DNA of 55,524 bases, the filler included, from Bacteriovoracaceae bacterium (GTDB lineage: Bacteria > Bdellovibrionota > Bacteriovoracia > Bacteriovoracales > Bacteriovoracaceae), in the NCBI GenBank assembly GCA_018649885.1. It is 3 parts of 3 records of this genome, joined end to end, with 100 filler letters (N's around TTAATTAATTAA, not from the genome) between each part and the next. Parts side by side here need not be neighbours in the genome. Positions count along the whole stretch, not along the records: positions 1 to 23,941 come from JABIHA010000150.1; 2 more parts are not named here. The stretch is one strand, 5' to 3'. Positions within the stretch are counted from its first letter, which is position 1. Each line of letters starts with the position of its first letter. A program made the position numbers and the translations under genes. Positions 1 to 10,303 of this stretch are shown here, piece by piece. Under the pieces are notes generated by a model. That model ran no database searches. It saw nothing but the letters and a program-made list of their open reading frames with translations, and was not told the DNA's origin.

Positions 1-125
1 ACTTGCAGAAAGCTTGGGGTGAGTTTTTGGAAATACCTAGATGACCGGAACTTCGGCCCGCGGAGAACTTCCTTTTCTTGCCCAAACTATACGATCTCTT
101 TAAAAACAGTATATTGGGCAGTTAC
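1..125 (+). mobile_element. Right end of an IS66-family insertion sequence (transposase C-terminus plus terminal inverted repeat)
   Basis: Frame 1 reads TCRKLGVSFWKYLDDR, resembling IS66 transposase C-termini. A shifted frame gives GELPFLAQTIRSL* (stop at 101-103). The segment ends TATTGGGCAGTTAC (112-125), and IS66 ends read GTAA...TTAC. Confidence 0.7.
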
Positions 126-236
126 GCAAAAGGTGACTAAACTTTGGCCATGCATGTGATTAATACTAAAAAGGTTATGAAAAATGGGTTTATGAGAGAT
201 ACTAACAACTCCTATTAATACTCGTGGAGGATTTTT

Positions 237-344
237 ATGTCTTATCAACTGGTTAGAAATATTGATTTAAAAAAGGCCTTTGTATTTGTATTAGAGCTTA
301 TGTACGAAAAAGTATCACCTAAGAAAAGAACGCAAAATATGTAG
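237..344 (+). CDS. Putative 35-aa small protein MSYQLVRNIDLKKAFVFVLELMYEKVSPKKRTQNM
   Basis: GGAGG at 226-230, 6 nt before the ATG; perfect hairpin directly downstream; below the ORF-track cutoff. Confidence 0.45.
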   Translation: MSYQLVRNIDLKKAFVFVLELMYEKVSPKKRTQNM

Positions 345-351
345 TTAATAG

Positions 352-379
352 GCAACTGCCAACTTTTATTGGCAGTTGC
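352..379 (+). terminator. Perfect 11-bp hairpin, possible terminator
   Basis: GCAACTGCCAA-CTTTTA-TTGGCAGTTGC followed by pyrimidine-rich sequence. Confidence 0.5.
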
Positions 380-537
380 TCTCAATTTTTCTCCTTTCCT
401 CAAATTTGATATGAATTTTTTTCACACTCTATCCACTTAATTTTACAGCTAAATTGCATATACCAGAGTTTTTTGGTTGAACTTTTTCGTTTTTCCCTCG
501 TGTATCTCTCAACAACAAATTAGACACGGAGAGAGAG

Positions 538-1104
538 ATGAAAATTACCAATATGATTATTTTAGTTGTGGCCTTGACTTCACTTTCGGCTTTTGGATCA
601 GATAAAATTAAAATCAGCTGCTCAGGCGATTATAAACTAGATAAATCGAGCAGTTCAAGTTCCGAAAAAACGTACACATGTAAATCAAAGAGTAAGACTA
701 CTGAATACACTACAAAAAGTACTCAGTGTAGTTCTGGTTATAAAATTTCTTATCGAAATGGAAAAGACAAATGTATTAAAGAAGTAGTTGAAAATCCAGA
801 GTGTAAGCAAAAAATTCTTCAAAAACATTTTGATCTTAAAAGAACAACTGGAAAAGATTACTGTGAAAACTCAAAAGGTAAAACACACTCTGATTTCAAA
901 AGCTGTAATGGAGACTACGTAGTAGACTACAGTGGTAAAAATGATAAATGTGTTAGAGAAGATGAGAAAAATCCAACATGTGCATCAGGGTATAGTTACG
1001 ATAAAGATATCGATACTACAAATGGTAGTAAATATATAGACAGATGTAGAAAAAAGCTTAGTAAAGACTATGATTACAAAAGACCTTCAGTGACTAATTT
1101 GTAA
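538..1104 (+). CDS. Secreted Cys-rich repeat protein
   Basis: Signal peptide; 10 Cys in five CxxG/DY...DxC-like units; purine-rich RBS. Confidence 0.8.
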   Translation: MKITNMIILVVALTSLSAFGSDKIKISCSGDYKLDKSSSSSSEKTYTCKSKSKTTEYTTKSTQCSSGYKISYRNGKDKCIKEVVENPECKQKILQKHFDLKRTTGKDYCENSKGKTHSDFKSCNGDYVVDYSGKNDKCVREDEKNPTCASGYSYDKDIDTTNGSKYIDRCRKKLSKDYDYKRPSVTNL

Positions 1105-1128
1105 TAGTCAAATTCCATAATACCAGTG

Positions 1129-1160
1129 AAAGGGGATCAAGGAATTGATCCCTTTTTTTT
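1129..1160. terminator. Rho-independent terminator between convergent genes
   Basis: GGGATCAA-GGAA-TTGATCCC followed by a T8 run. Confidence 0.8.
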
Positions 1161-1585
1161 TAGTTTTCAATTAATTTCAGTTTTGTCACAGAAAATACTT
1201 TAAGGCCTGAATCAGCTTTAACATCACTAATGCTCACCATTCCAATGGGATGATTTTGATCTCTCACTTTGATGATTAATTTCCCGTGACGATTCAGATG
1301 AATCTTTCTTGCTTGTCCACCAAGATTAAATCGATACTGAAACATTCCCCACTGCTCCCCTGCATAAGTCATATCTCCCGACCACTCGTGTACCACAAGT
1401 CCCGAAAACTGGTCATCGTTTCGATCAAACTCAATTCTAATTTGTGGATAATCTAAGGGTCTCGACTTAAGTTTTAACTCAACCCTTAAGGCCTCACTTG
1501 AATCTCTATGAAGGTATTCAATTGCTAGCCCTGCACTTAAGTTTTGGCAGAAAATTAAAATCAGTAAAGTAATGATCTTTTTCAT
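1160..1585 (-). CDS. Secreted hypothetical protein
   Basis: 141-aa ORF with signal peptide, 4 nt after kdsC. Confidence 0.7.
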   Translation of the reverse strand: MKKIITLLILIFCQNLSAGLAIEYLHRDSSEALRVELKLKSRPLDYPQIRIEFDRNDDQFSGLVVHEWSGDMTYAGEQWGMFQYRFNLGGQARKIHLNRHGKLIIKVRDQNHPIGMVSISDVKADSGLKVFSVTKLKLIEN

Positions 1586-1589
1586 AAAA

Positions 1590-2117
1590 CTATATTGAAA
1601 AACCTTGTGCTATTCTAATCATCTCAGCCACTTCTCTGACACAACCTTGCCCTGCATGCCTTTGAGTAACGTAATCGCAAACTTCTTTCACTTCTTTGAC
1701 AGCATGTGGAACAGTTGCAGCAAAACCCACCTGCTTCAGAATAGGCATATCAAATGGCTCATCTCCAATATAAAACATTTCACTGGGATCAAGCCCCGTT
1801 ACCTCACAAACTTTCTGAAAGGCGCCAACTTTATTTTCATTTCCTAGGTAGGAAATTTTGATTCCAAGGTTATCGATTCTCTTTTTAAGGCCAAGGCTAT
1901 CACCACCCGAGATAACTCCCACTTGAAGTCCACCTCTCATCATCATTTTTAGCCCGTATCCATCGTAAACATTAAATGTTCTATTCCAACCAACCTCTTC
2001 GCCTTGCCACCAAACAGTTCCATCGGTGAGTACACCGTCCACATCTGTCAGAAATAATTTGATTCTCTTAAGTTTTTCACTAAACTGGGCTGCAGCTGGA
2101 GCAATATCTATTTCCAT
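1590..2117 (-). CDS. kdsC: KDO 8-phosphate phosphatase (HAD)
   Basis: DVDGVLTDG, DGYG and GDEPFD motifs; KDO operon context. Confidence 0.93.
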   Translation of the reverse strand: MEIDIAPAAAQFSEKLKRIKLFLTDVDGVLTDGTVWWQGEEVGWNRTFNVYDGYGLKMMMRGGLQVGVISGGDSLGLKKRIDNLGIKISYLGNENKVGAFQKVCEVTGLDPSEMFYIGDEPFDMPILKQVGFAATVPHAVKEVKEVCDYVTQRHAGQGCVREVAEMIRIAQGFSI

Positions 2118-2914
2118 GTTTCCCTCAAGGCATATAGAGACAGTAACTGCTCTACAAAGTCTTTTACTTTTGAAAGTTCATATATACTTGTGGCATCACT
2201 TTTTGACTCTGATGGATTGGGGTGGGCCTCCATAAAAATTCCATCAGCGCCAGCAGCAACAGCTGCTCTGGCCAAAACTTCGATTTGATCTCTTTTGGCC
2301 CCAGTAACAGATCCCGAAGCTCCCGGTAATTGTACCGAATGAGTCGCATCATAAATTGTTTTAACTCCAGTCTCTTTCATGGTTTTGAAAGAGGCCATAT
2401 CAACAATCATATTATTGTAACCAAAACAAGTTCCACGCTCAGTTAGTCTAACACTAGATTTTTCAATAATTCCCGAGGTCTTATCCACAATAGTTTGAGT
2501 ATTATGGGGAGCAATAAATTGCCCTTTTTTCACATTGAGAATTCGGTTGTATTTTTGGCAGGCACGAGCCCCCGCGACAATCATATCTGTTTGCCTGCAC
2601 AGGAATGCTGGGACTTGGATATAGTCTACAACTGAAGCCAACTCCATCGCCTGATCCGGCAGATGATAATCTGTTAGGGTTGGAATATTGTAAACGGATT
2701 TTACTTCTTCAAAGATTTTTAGCCCCTGATCCATGCTAAAACCTCTAAAACTATTCACACTTGTTCTATTTGCCTTGTTAAATGAGGCCTTAAAAATCAA
2801 ATCAATTTGATCAGCAAATGGAGCTAAGTCCTCCACAAGCTTCCCTGCAATATCTAGCGCCATATCCTTTGATTCTAAAACACATGGACCTATAATAAAT
2901 TCTACTTTTTCCAC
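2108..2914 (-). CDS. kdsA: KDO 8-phosphate synthase
   Basis: GPCVLES, KANRTS, PAFLCRQTD, KKGQF, DATHSVQ. Confidence 0.96.
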   Translation of the reverse strand: MEKVEFIIGPCVLESKDMALDIAGKLVEDLAPFADQIDLIFKASFNKANRTSVNSFRGFSMDQGLKIFEEVKSVYNIPTLTDYHLPDQAMELASVVDYIQVPAFLCRQTDMIVAGARACQKYNRILNVKKGQFIAPHNTQTIVDKTSGIIEKSSVRLTERGTCFGYNNMIVDMASFKTMKETGVKTIYDATHSVQLPGASGSVTGAKRDQIEVLARAAVAAGADGIFMEAHPNPSESKSDATSIYELSKVKDFVEQLLSLYALRETWK

Positions 2915-2922
2915 AAATTCTC

Positions 2923-4527
2923 CTACTCCACTCGCGCTGCTGAAGCTTCGATGAATGAACCAAATAATGGATGTACATCAAAAGGTCTTGATTTAAACTC
3001 AGGGTGGTACTGACATCCAACAAAATATGGGTGATTTTCTAGCTCTATAACTTCAACTAGATTTAGCTTTTTATTACTACCTGAAAAGATCAGCCCTTTT
3101 TCACTAAGCTTTTCTTTATAATCATTATTGAACTCCAAACGATGACGATGGCGTTCACTAATCTCAGTGGTGTTGTAAACTCTGTGAACAAGTGAATTGG
3201 GTTCAACCGTGCAATCATAAGCACCAAGTCTCATTGACCCGCCTTTAGGACCCTCGTCACTTTGTCCTTCCATATAATTGACGACTAATTCTCCAGTTTC
3301 TGAAAACTCTCTGGATGTTGCCCCTTTTATTCCGACCACATTTCTTGCGAACTCAATACACGCAAGTTGCATCCCCAAGCAAATTCCCAAATAGGGTACC
3401 TTATTCTCTCTTGCGAACTCTATGGCCTTAATTTTACCTTCAGTCCCCCTCTCTCCAAATCCTCCTGGAACTAAAATTCCATTCACATTTTCAAGAATTT
3501 TCTTCACATCTCCACTTTCTAATTCAGTGGCATCAATATAAGTCGTTTCAAGTTTAACTTGATTGGAGATGGCCCCATGATAAAGAGCCTCAACAAGAGA
3601 CTTATAGGATTCTGTAAGCTCAGTGTATTTTCCAACAAGACCAATATTTACAGTTTTAAGTGGGTGCTCAACATTGTAAACAACTCTTTCTAGGTCTTCT
3701 ATATCTGGTCTTGAAGTCCAAATCCCCAAAAGCTCAGTGATTTTTTCATCGAGTCCTTGTTTAAAAAATTCTAGTGGTACTTTATAAATAGAATCAAGAT
3801 CTGGGGACTGAAAAACATTTTTCTTGGGAACATTACAAAATAGAGAAATTTTATCCAAAATACTCTCATCAATTTCTCTATCAGCACGACAGATTATAAC
3901 TTGAGGAACAAGGCCTTGACTCGTTAGCTCTTTTACAGAGTGTTGAGCTGGCTTTGATTTTAGCTCTCCCGCAGCTTTTAGATAGGGAATTAAAACCAAG
4001 TGAATAAATAATACATTTTCATGACCAACATCTTGAGCAAATTGTCTAATGGACTCAATAAAAGGGAGGGATTCAATATCTCCAACTGTGCCGCCAATTT
4101 CTCCAATGAGTAAATCAGTATCTTCAGCTGCAATATGAATTCTTCTTTTTATCTCATTTGTAATATGGGGAACAACTTGAACTGTTTTTCCTAAGTACTT
4201 GCCTTCTCTTTCATTTTCAATAACTTTTTGATAGACCTGGCCTGTTGTAAAATTATTTTTCTTTGAAAGGGTAAGTGAAGTAAATCTCTCATAGTGACCT
4301 AAATCCAGATCAGTCTCAGCTCCATCATCAGTAACAAAAACTTCTCCGTGCTGTATGGGACTCATAGTACCTGGGTCAACATTAATATAGGGATCCATTT
4401 TGAGCATATTAATTTTAATTCTTCTTCTTTCTAAAAGAGAAGCGATACTTGCAGCCGCCAGCCCCTTGCCAAGAGAGCTCGAAACTCCACCGGTAATAAA
4501 AATGTACTTTTTCGTATGTCTACCCAT
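2923..4527 (-). CDS. pyrG: CTP synthase
   Basis: GGVSSSLGKG, DPYINVDPGTM, GICLGMQ, QYHPEF. Confidence 0.98.
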   Translation of the reverse strand: MGRHTKKYIFITGGVSSSLGKGLAAASIASLLERRRIKINMLKMDPYINVDPGTMSPIQHGEVFVTDDGAETDLDLGHYERFTSLTLSKKNNFTTGQVYQKVIENEREGKYLGKTVQVVPHITNEIKRRIHIAAEDTDLLIGEIGGTVGDIESLPFIESIRQFAQDVGHENVLFIHLVLIPYLKAAGELKSKPAQHSVKELTSQGLVPQVIICRADREIDESILDKISLFCNVPKKNVFQSPDLDSIYKVPLEFFKQGLDEKITELLGIWTSRPDIEDLERVVYNVEHPLKTVNIGLVGKYTELTESYKSLVEALYHGAISNQVKLETTYIDATELESGDVKKILENVNGILVPGGFGERGTEGKIKAIEFARENKVPYLGICLGMQLACIEFARNVVGIKGATSREFSETGELVVNYMEGQSDEGPKGGSMRLGAYDCTVEPNSLVHRVYNTTEISERHRHRLEFNNDYKEKLSEKGLIFSGSNKKLNLVEVIELENHPYFVGCQYHPEFKSRPFDVHPLFGSFIEASAARVE

Positions 4528-5272
4528 TTAAAAGTCCCTCCACCTTCAAAATATCCTCAGGTGTATCTACACTTTGGAGTTTGTCTTTAATTTCTATTGC
4601 ACCAATACTCATGCCATTTTCTAAGGCACGAAGCTGTTCTAATTTTTCAACTTTTTCAAGTGTACTTGGGGCCAGAGTACTAAATTTCTCAATGGCGGCC
4701 ACGCTGTAACAATAAATTCCGATGTGCCTAAAAAATTCAAACTCACTATCCCCATCACGATTGCAAGGAATTGCTGCTCTTGAAAAACTTAGGCACCTAC
4801 CATTTTCTGGACAAAAATGGGCCTTAACAACATTTGGATCACTATGCTCAAAAGGCTCGGTTGAACTTTTGACAATAGTGGTAATATCAAAGGCACCACT
4901 ATTTTCTTGGAACTGTACAAGCTCTTGAAGTAACTTGCCTTTAATTAGTGGCTCATCACCTTGCAGGTTAATTATATAAGAGTAGTTGCTGTCATCTTTT
5001 AGATGCCTTTCATAGGCCAGATAAATTCTCTCGGAGCCCGACTCAACATCATCATCAACTCTGATGACACTTCCTCCAAACTCTTTTACTGCCTGCTCAA
5101 TTTCCTGACTGTCAGTAACTACGAAAGCCTCAAATCCTGACTGCACTGCCCCTTCATACACCCACCGAATCATAGGCTTTTGGTTGATTTTAGAGAGCGG
5201 TTTACCAGGAAAGCGAGAAGAGCTAAAACGAGCGGGAATCAGGATGACGGCCTTACTGCTTTTGTGTGACAT
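4520..5272 (-). CDS. kdsB: CMP-KDO synthetase
   Basis: IPARFSSSRFPGKPL, NLQGDEP, LEQLRAL. Confidence 0.96.
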   Translation of the reverse strand: MSHKSSKAVILIPARFSSSRFPGKPLSKINQKPMIRWVYEGAVQSGFEAFVVTDSQEIEQAVKEFGGSVIRVDDDVESGSERIYLAYERHLKDDSNYSYIINLQGDEPLIKGKLLQELVQFQENSGAFDITTIVKSSTEPFEHSDPNVVKAHFCPENGRCLSFSRAAIPCNRDGDSEFEFFRHIGIYCYSVAAIEKFSTLAPSTLEKVEKLEQLRALENGMSIGAIEIKDKLQSVDTPEDILKVEGLLNG

Positions 5273-5360
5273 GAAATTCCTAATAATTATGGGAAGAATG
5301 TATCACGGCTGCGGTCATATCCCTAGGTATGTTAGAATTTTGAATAAGACCACGTGCAGC

Positions 5361-5711
5361 ATGGTGTTTTATTTGAAAAAACTGACCCTTTTACTTTTAA
5401 TTCTATCGATTTTCACCGCCACATTGGTGCTGGCGAAGGTAGTCACAGACCCTTCAATTGGCAAAAGGTGTCATGAAATGGAAGGGAGGCGAAAAAGAAA
5501 AATCGAGTACAAGCAAAAAACCTACTTCCTTTTGCAAAAAAATAGAACTCTTCGCGCTAAAACCCCAGTATACATGTTGAAGCTTAGACGCAGACTGGCC
5601 CAGCTTCACAACGATTTGAATCAAAGACATCATCTAATAACCCTCCAAATTCAAAACCTCGAAGAAGAAATTATCAGAAAAGGTTGTCCTGGAATCCCAA
5701 TAACCAAGTAG
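5361..5711 (+). CDS. Secreted helical hypothetical protein
   Basis: Start trimmed to MVFYLKK; signal peptide; two Cys, C-terminal GCPG. Confidence 0.65.
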   Translation: MVFYLKKLTLLLLILSIFTATLVLAKVVTDPSIGKRCHEMEGRRKRKIEYKQKTYFLLQKNRTLRAKTPVYMLKLRRRLAQLHNDLNQRHHLITLQIQNLEEEIIRKGCPGIPITK

Positions 5712-5799
5712 CCAACCAATAAGCTTCCCTTTTTTCAAGACTTTGCAAGACCAAATCGTTTCGATACACTATGTTAATCAAACTAGGAATTAACACAAT

Positions 5800-7275
5800 A
5801 TGTGGCGAAATTTTTATTCATTTATTCTTATGACCGGTCTAGTTTTTCAACTTGGTATCTCTAAGGCCTGGACACAAGATGAAGCGCTGGACTTAGCTGA
5901 AGAGGCCACACAAAAAAGTAGAAGAAGTAAGGACTTCTCCCCCAGGGATCTCTCAAAGACAATAACCTTGAAGCTGGTGTTAGAAAAAGGCTTAAGGGAA
6001 AATATCAATGAGAAAGTCAGAGGCCTTCAGAGAACAATAGTTAAAATTAACTGGAGGGACGCCTGGGAGAGCTTTTGGTTTCCCAATGTTAAATTATATC
6101 TAAACAGCAGCAAACAAAAAATTCACCGAGTATGGGAAGGCCCATCTGTTGCCGCCAATCGACGAGGCAACCTACACACAGGAACAGGTAACTTTGGTCT
6201 ATCCCTGGGTGACTACACAGTTTTTAACTGGGGTAAGGATTACAGTCGTTATTTAAATCATGAACTCACTTTTGACCGAAGTACCGCATTCCTCGATGAA
6301 CAAAGAAGGGACTTAAAACACAAATTAATTGAGCAGTATTTTTCTCTCGCCAAGGCAAAAAAATCTGAAAATATTTTTAAAGAGCAATTAAAGCACGCCA
6401 CATTTATCTATAGACTTGCAAGAGAACGAGCTTCACTCAAAAAAATAAAAAAGCAGGAGTATTACGAAGCTCGCGCTGAGTATCTACTAACTCAAACAGA
6501 ATATCATCAAGCCAGGCTTGATGCAGTTGAACAAGATGAAAAAATGGCAAATCTGGTTGGGGATAATCTAAGTACTAGCTACTTTATTAATGAGTACCTC
6601 GGTTTTAAAAAAGTAAAAGTTCTTCTTAAAGACGTTATTAGTTTTTCACTTTCAAAAAATACTGACCTTCTCAATCAAAAAACATCAATGAAAATCTTAC
6701 AAAGAGAATATGATATAGCCTTAAAAGACTCTCTTCCCCTTCCCAAGTTCAGTATTAATTTTGGCACATACAATTATAATTGGAATCGAGACGGCCTTAA
6801 CTCAAACTACTCTACCAGTGACACGACAGGGCATATTGACCTTGTGGCCAGTGTAAATGCCACCTGGAACATAGTAGGTGAAGGCGGACTATTTAATACA
6901 AGATCTACTTATAGGTCATTTTTAGAAAAAAGAATTGAAGAAGAAAAATTTTACGATGTCAGACGAAAAGTAGAGCTAAGAGTTCGCTCACTATATAAGA
7001 AAATCATGCACCTTGAAAATAAAATAGATATTGAAGGGCTTAGACTCGAAAATGCTCAGAAAAACTTTGATGCAACTCTAGACAATTATGTAGAAGGAAA
7101 AGCAAGGTTTGATGAATTAAAAGATTCATTAATAGATCTAAAGTCATCAGAAATAGAACTGGAAAAAACAAAATTTTTGCATCTCTCTAAAAAACTAGCT
7201 CTTGCTGGTGGAATGGGGCAAGAGGATTTTCCAGGAGAGAACTTTGAAACATTGGCGATACCATATGAAAAATAG
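5800..7275 (+). CDS. TolC-family outer membrane protein
   Basis: 491 aa, signal peptide, duplicated helix/beta pattern (WFPNV, LPKF) typical of outer membrane efflux proteins. Confidence 0.8.
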   Translation: MWRNFYSFILMTGLVFQLGISKAWTQDEALDLAEEATQKSRRSKDFSPRDLSKTITLKLVLEKGLRENINEKVRGLQRTIVKINWRDAWESFWFPNVKLYLNSSKQKIHRVWEGPSVAANRRGNLHTGTGNFGLSLGDYTVFNWGKDYSRYLNHELTFDRSTAFLDEQRRDLKHKLIEQYFSLAKAKKSENIFKEQLKHATFIYRLARERASLKKIKKQEYYEARAEYLLTQTEYHQARLDAVEQDEKMANLVGDNLSTSYFINEYLGFKKVKVLLKDVISFSLSKNTDLLNQKTSMKILQREYDIALKDSLPLPKFSINFGTYNYNWNRDGLNSNYSTSDTTGHIDLVASVNATWNIVGEGGLFNTRSTYRSFLEKRIEEEKFYDVRRKVELRVRSLYKKIMHLENKIDIEGLRLENAQKNFDATLDNYVEGKARFDELKDSLIDLKSSEIELEKTKFLHLSKKLALAGGMGQEDFPGENFETLAIPYEK

Positions 7276-8059
7276 ATGGATTTTTACCATTTTTTTCTTT
7301 TCCATTCTTCTGTCTTTGCCAGGCTTATCTGCCGAAAATGATGATGATACAAGACTAACAAAAAACAAAGTCAATCCTAGCCAAACATTTGACGAGGTAT
7401 TAGATAAGAAAGATACACTCCTTAGAAATGAAGCCCTGATTGAAGAAAAAGACCCTAAAACAGGAGTCTATGATTACCAGTATTACACTGGTCAAGATAT
7501 GCACAAAGTCTCCCTACTATTCCATTTAAGCCATGACATTTCTAGTATTTCAGAAATCATGGGATTTGAAGCACAATTTGAACAAAGAGTGTCCAATAGA
7601 CTATGGATGGGACTTCTACTTTCTAGAATTTTTGGCCGATGGGACTCAATGGGCGAAAACCCAGTTGGAACGAGTACCAATGTAGATGCGGAAGTTAACA
7701 ATCCAAGAGATCCAGTTTCTAAACAAACAGTCACTTCATTTGGAGGTGGACTCTCATACAGATTCAGAATGCCTGATCAGATAATCACCACCGAAGGATT
7801 ATTTCAAACTGTTTCAGCCTACGTAACATGGAATACAGCACTCGATGAGATGAGACAAAAAGATTACCGAGGACCTGGATTTAGAGCTGATTATGGACTC
7901 CATAAAAGATTTGCTCACAGATGGTACCTAGGAGTCAGAGGTTCTTACCAAAAATCCTTTGTTAAAAGAGGCTCAATAGGCACTAACGAAACCGGTAGCG
8001 AAAGAAGATATAATCTTTCATGGATTACAATTGCAGCCGACGCTGGTATCTATTTCTAA
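7265..8059 (+). CDS. Outer membrane beta-barrel protein
   Basis: Signal peptide from MKNRW; amphipathic strands; C-terminal GIYF. Confidence 0.7.
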   Translation: MKNRWIFTIFFFSILLSLPGLSAENDDDTRLTKNKVNPSQTFDEVLDKKDTLLRNEALIEEKDPKTGVYDYQYYTGQDMHKVSLLFHLSHDISSISEIMGFEAQFEQRVSNRLWMGLLLSRIFGRWDSMGENPVGTSTNVDAEVNNPRDPVSKQTVTSFGGGLSYRFRMPDQIITTEGLFQTVSAYVTWNTALDEMRQKDYRGPGFRADYGLHKRFAHRWYLGVRGSYQKSFVKRGSIGTNETGSERRYNLSWITIAADAGIYF

Positions 8060-9276
8060 GAAAGCTCCCCTACTGGAACTGATATGATAAAACATGTATT
8101 AGGGCAGTCCTGATCAAGCCTGAGAGTTCCCTCCATTTTATCTACAATGCTTTTTGAAATGCTTAATCCAATGCCTGTTCCCTTTCCGATTTTCTTTGTT
8201 GTAAAAAATGGGTCAAAGAGCTTTTTTTGAACTTCTTCAGGTATACCTGTTCCAGAATCACTTATTCTAATCATAAGCTTTTGGTCTTCTAACAAGGTTT
8301 CAAGCTTAATCCATGCACTAGAGGACTCTTCAATGGCATCTATTGAATTATTGAGTAAATTGATAATCACTTGTGAAAGCTGAATCCTATGAAGACTTAT
8401 TTTTTTCTCTTTCAAATTTTCTGGAACATCAACTTCAAGAGAAATTCCAATACTCTTTATTTTTTCACCACAAATCCCAAAGATATCATCTAAAATTTCT
8501 TCCACTCCACATGAACTTCTTTCGTTACTTTCCACTTCTCTTGAGAGATTTTTCATGCCCTCGATAATCTTTGTAATCCTATCCACAGTTTGATTAATAT
8601 TTTCTGCATGTTCTTTTATTTTTTCAGGATCAAGTTTATTTGAGCCAATATATCTATTGAGAATGCTTGCACAAGTTTTGATGACAGTGAGTGGGTTGTT
8701 TATTTCATGAGCAATACCTGCAGCCATTTCTCCTAGAGCAGAAAACCGAGACTCTCGCACCATTTGAACTTTTTGTTCTTCGATTTTATTTTCAGCATTT
8801 TTTCTATCTGTTATATCAAAGGCAATTGAAATAAAATCAACCCCTTGTTCACCTTCAGGGCTCATCAAAAGAAGTATTACTGAATCAACCCAATAAAAGC
8901 TGCCATCTTTTTTCTGATTTTTCAGCTCTCCTCTCCAGATATTTCCAATCTTGATGGTGTCCCAAAGATTTCTAAATTCATCTTTTTCATGGGATCCGGA
9001 GCTAACCATATTAATATTGTTGCCAATGAGTTCACTTTCACCGTAACCAGAGAGCTCACAAAAATTGGAGTTAACAGATTTTATTATTCCATTTAGGTCT
9101 GTACTACAAACTACCGCTGATCGATTAAGTGCTTTTTGGTAAGCCCCTACTCTCATCTTTTCATTTTGTAATTTCTGATTGGCCTGATAAAGGACTCTGG
9201 TTTTGCTTTCAACCATGTTTTCAAGGATTTCGATTTTCCTTTCAAGTCTTAGAATTTTTTCTTTTTCAAAACTCAT
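8056..9276 (-). CDS. PAS-domain histidine kinase (H-NOX-associated)
   Basis: PAS/PAC (WRGELKNQKKDGSFYWV), H-box AHEINNPL, N, G1, F and G2 boxes; no TM segment. Confidence 0.93.
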   Translation of the reverse strand: MSFEKEKILRLERKIEILENMVESKTRVLYQANQKLQNEKMRVGAYQKALNRSAVVCSTDLNGIIKSVNSNFCELSGYGESELIGNNINMVSSGSHEKDEFRNLWDTIKIGNIWRGELKNQKKDGSFYWVDSVILLLMSPEGEQGVDFISIAFDITDRKNAENKIEEQKVQMVRESRFSALGEMAAGIAHEINNPLTVIKTCASILNRYIGSNKLDPEKIKEHAENINQTVDRITKIIEGMKNLSREVESNERSSCGVEEILDDIFGICGEKIKSIGISLEVDVPENLKEKKISLHRIQLSQVIINLLNNSIDAIEESSSAWIKLETLLEDQKLMIRISDSGTGIPEEVQKKLFDPFFTTKKIGKGTGIGLSISKSIVDKMEGTLRLDQDCPNTCFIISVPVGELS

Positions 9277-9280
9277 TTTG

Positions 9281-9823
9281 CTACTTTGTTTTTAATAGGA
9301 ATTGACAGTTTTCATCACCCTTACTTGTGCACTTTATTTGACTTATTTCAACCTCTTGCGAAAAATGCTTAAAACTTGCTTGTAAAAGCCCTTCCATAAA
9401 AGAGCATAAACCCTTTTCTGAAATATAGGTAATAGTTAAATCTCCACCACAATTTTCTTTAAATAAAAATTTTGGTAACTCTGATCCTTCATAAAGCTTT
9501 TTCACTTCAACATGAATAATTTCTTCAACACTATGCAAAAAGCTCTTGCAGTCAGTAAATTCAACTTCAAAACTTCTGGATACTTCATAGAGTTTTGGAA
9601 ATATATGTTGCCCAAAATCTCTTAATACATCATCTAATTCGACTGAGCGATCATTTACTACAAACTCTAACATTTTGACCAAACTAGCAAAGGGATAGGT
9701 CCCTGGACCCACAAAGGGATCAGCAGGATTAAATTTGCAATCAATGAGAATTTTTTCGAAATAATCACTTTCGAACTTCTCATTTACAAATTTTTCAAAT
9801 TGATTAAAAATCAAACCCTTCAT
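9281..9823 (-). CDS. H-NOX heme NO-binding domain protein
   Basis: MKGLIF start, GTYP, proximal His in IIHVEVKKLY, P in LPKF, YxSxK variant of YxSxR, C-terminal Cx7C. Confidence 0.88.
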   Translation of the reverse strand: MKGLIFNQFEKFVNEKFESDYFEKILIDCKFNPADPFVGPGTYPFASLVKMLEFVVNDRSVELDDVLRDFGQHIFPKLYEVSRSFEVEFTDCKSFLHSVEEIIHVEVKKLYEGSELPKFLFKENCGGDLTITYISEKGLCSFMEGLLQASFKHFSQEVEISQIKCTSKGDENCQFLLKTK

Positions 9824-9850
9824 AGTACTTCTTTTTTGAGAGAAACCTAA

Positions 9851-10288
9851 TTAATCATCTTCAGATTTTTTCATAATTTCAATTTCATCAGTCTGGCCTA
9901 GTAGAGTTTGCCCTAAATCATTTTGTTTACCACTTTCAAGAGCACTGCTAACTGATTCGAATAAATTCTCTAATCCCGGCTTGGCAATAAAGTCATGAGT
10001 GCCGTACTCACTAACCTCAAGCATCGTTTCATCACTTCCATATCCTGTGAAAAAGATAAATGGAGTGTTAAACCCTTGTGCCCGAGCTTCTTTAATAAAT
10101 TCATTGCCTCCCATAACAGGCATTTTCAAATCACTCACCACGCAGTGAATTTCTTCTCTGGCCAAAATCTGAAGGCCTTCTTTTCCATTTTCTGCAGTGA
10201 AAATTTTATCTGCAAGATCTTCCAATAACTCTGGAAGTTGCGATCTTAAAAACTCTTCATCGTCTACAATTAGTAGATTTCCCTTCAT
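9851..10288 (-). CDS. Single-domain response regulator
   Basis: IVDDE, SDLKMP, TGYG, AKP. Confidence 0.92.
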   Translation of the reverse strand: MKGNLLIVDDEEFLRSQLPELLEDLADKIFTAENGKEGLQILAREEIHCVVSDLKMPVMGGNEFIKEARAQGFNTPFIFFTGYGSDETMLEVSEYGTHDFIAKPGLENLFESVSSALESGKQNDLGQTLLGQTDEIEIMKKSEDD

Positions 10289-10303
10289 GATCTCTCCACT
10301 TTA

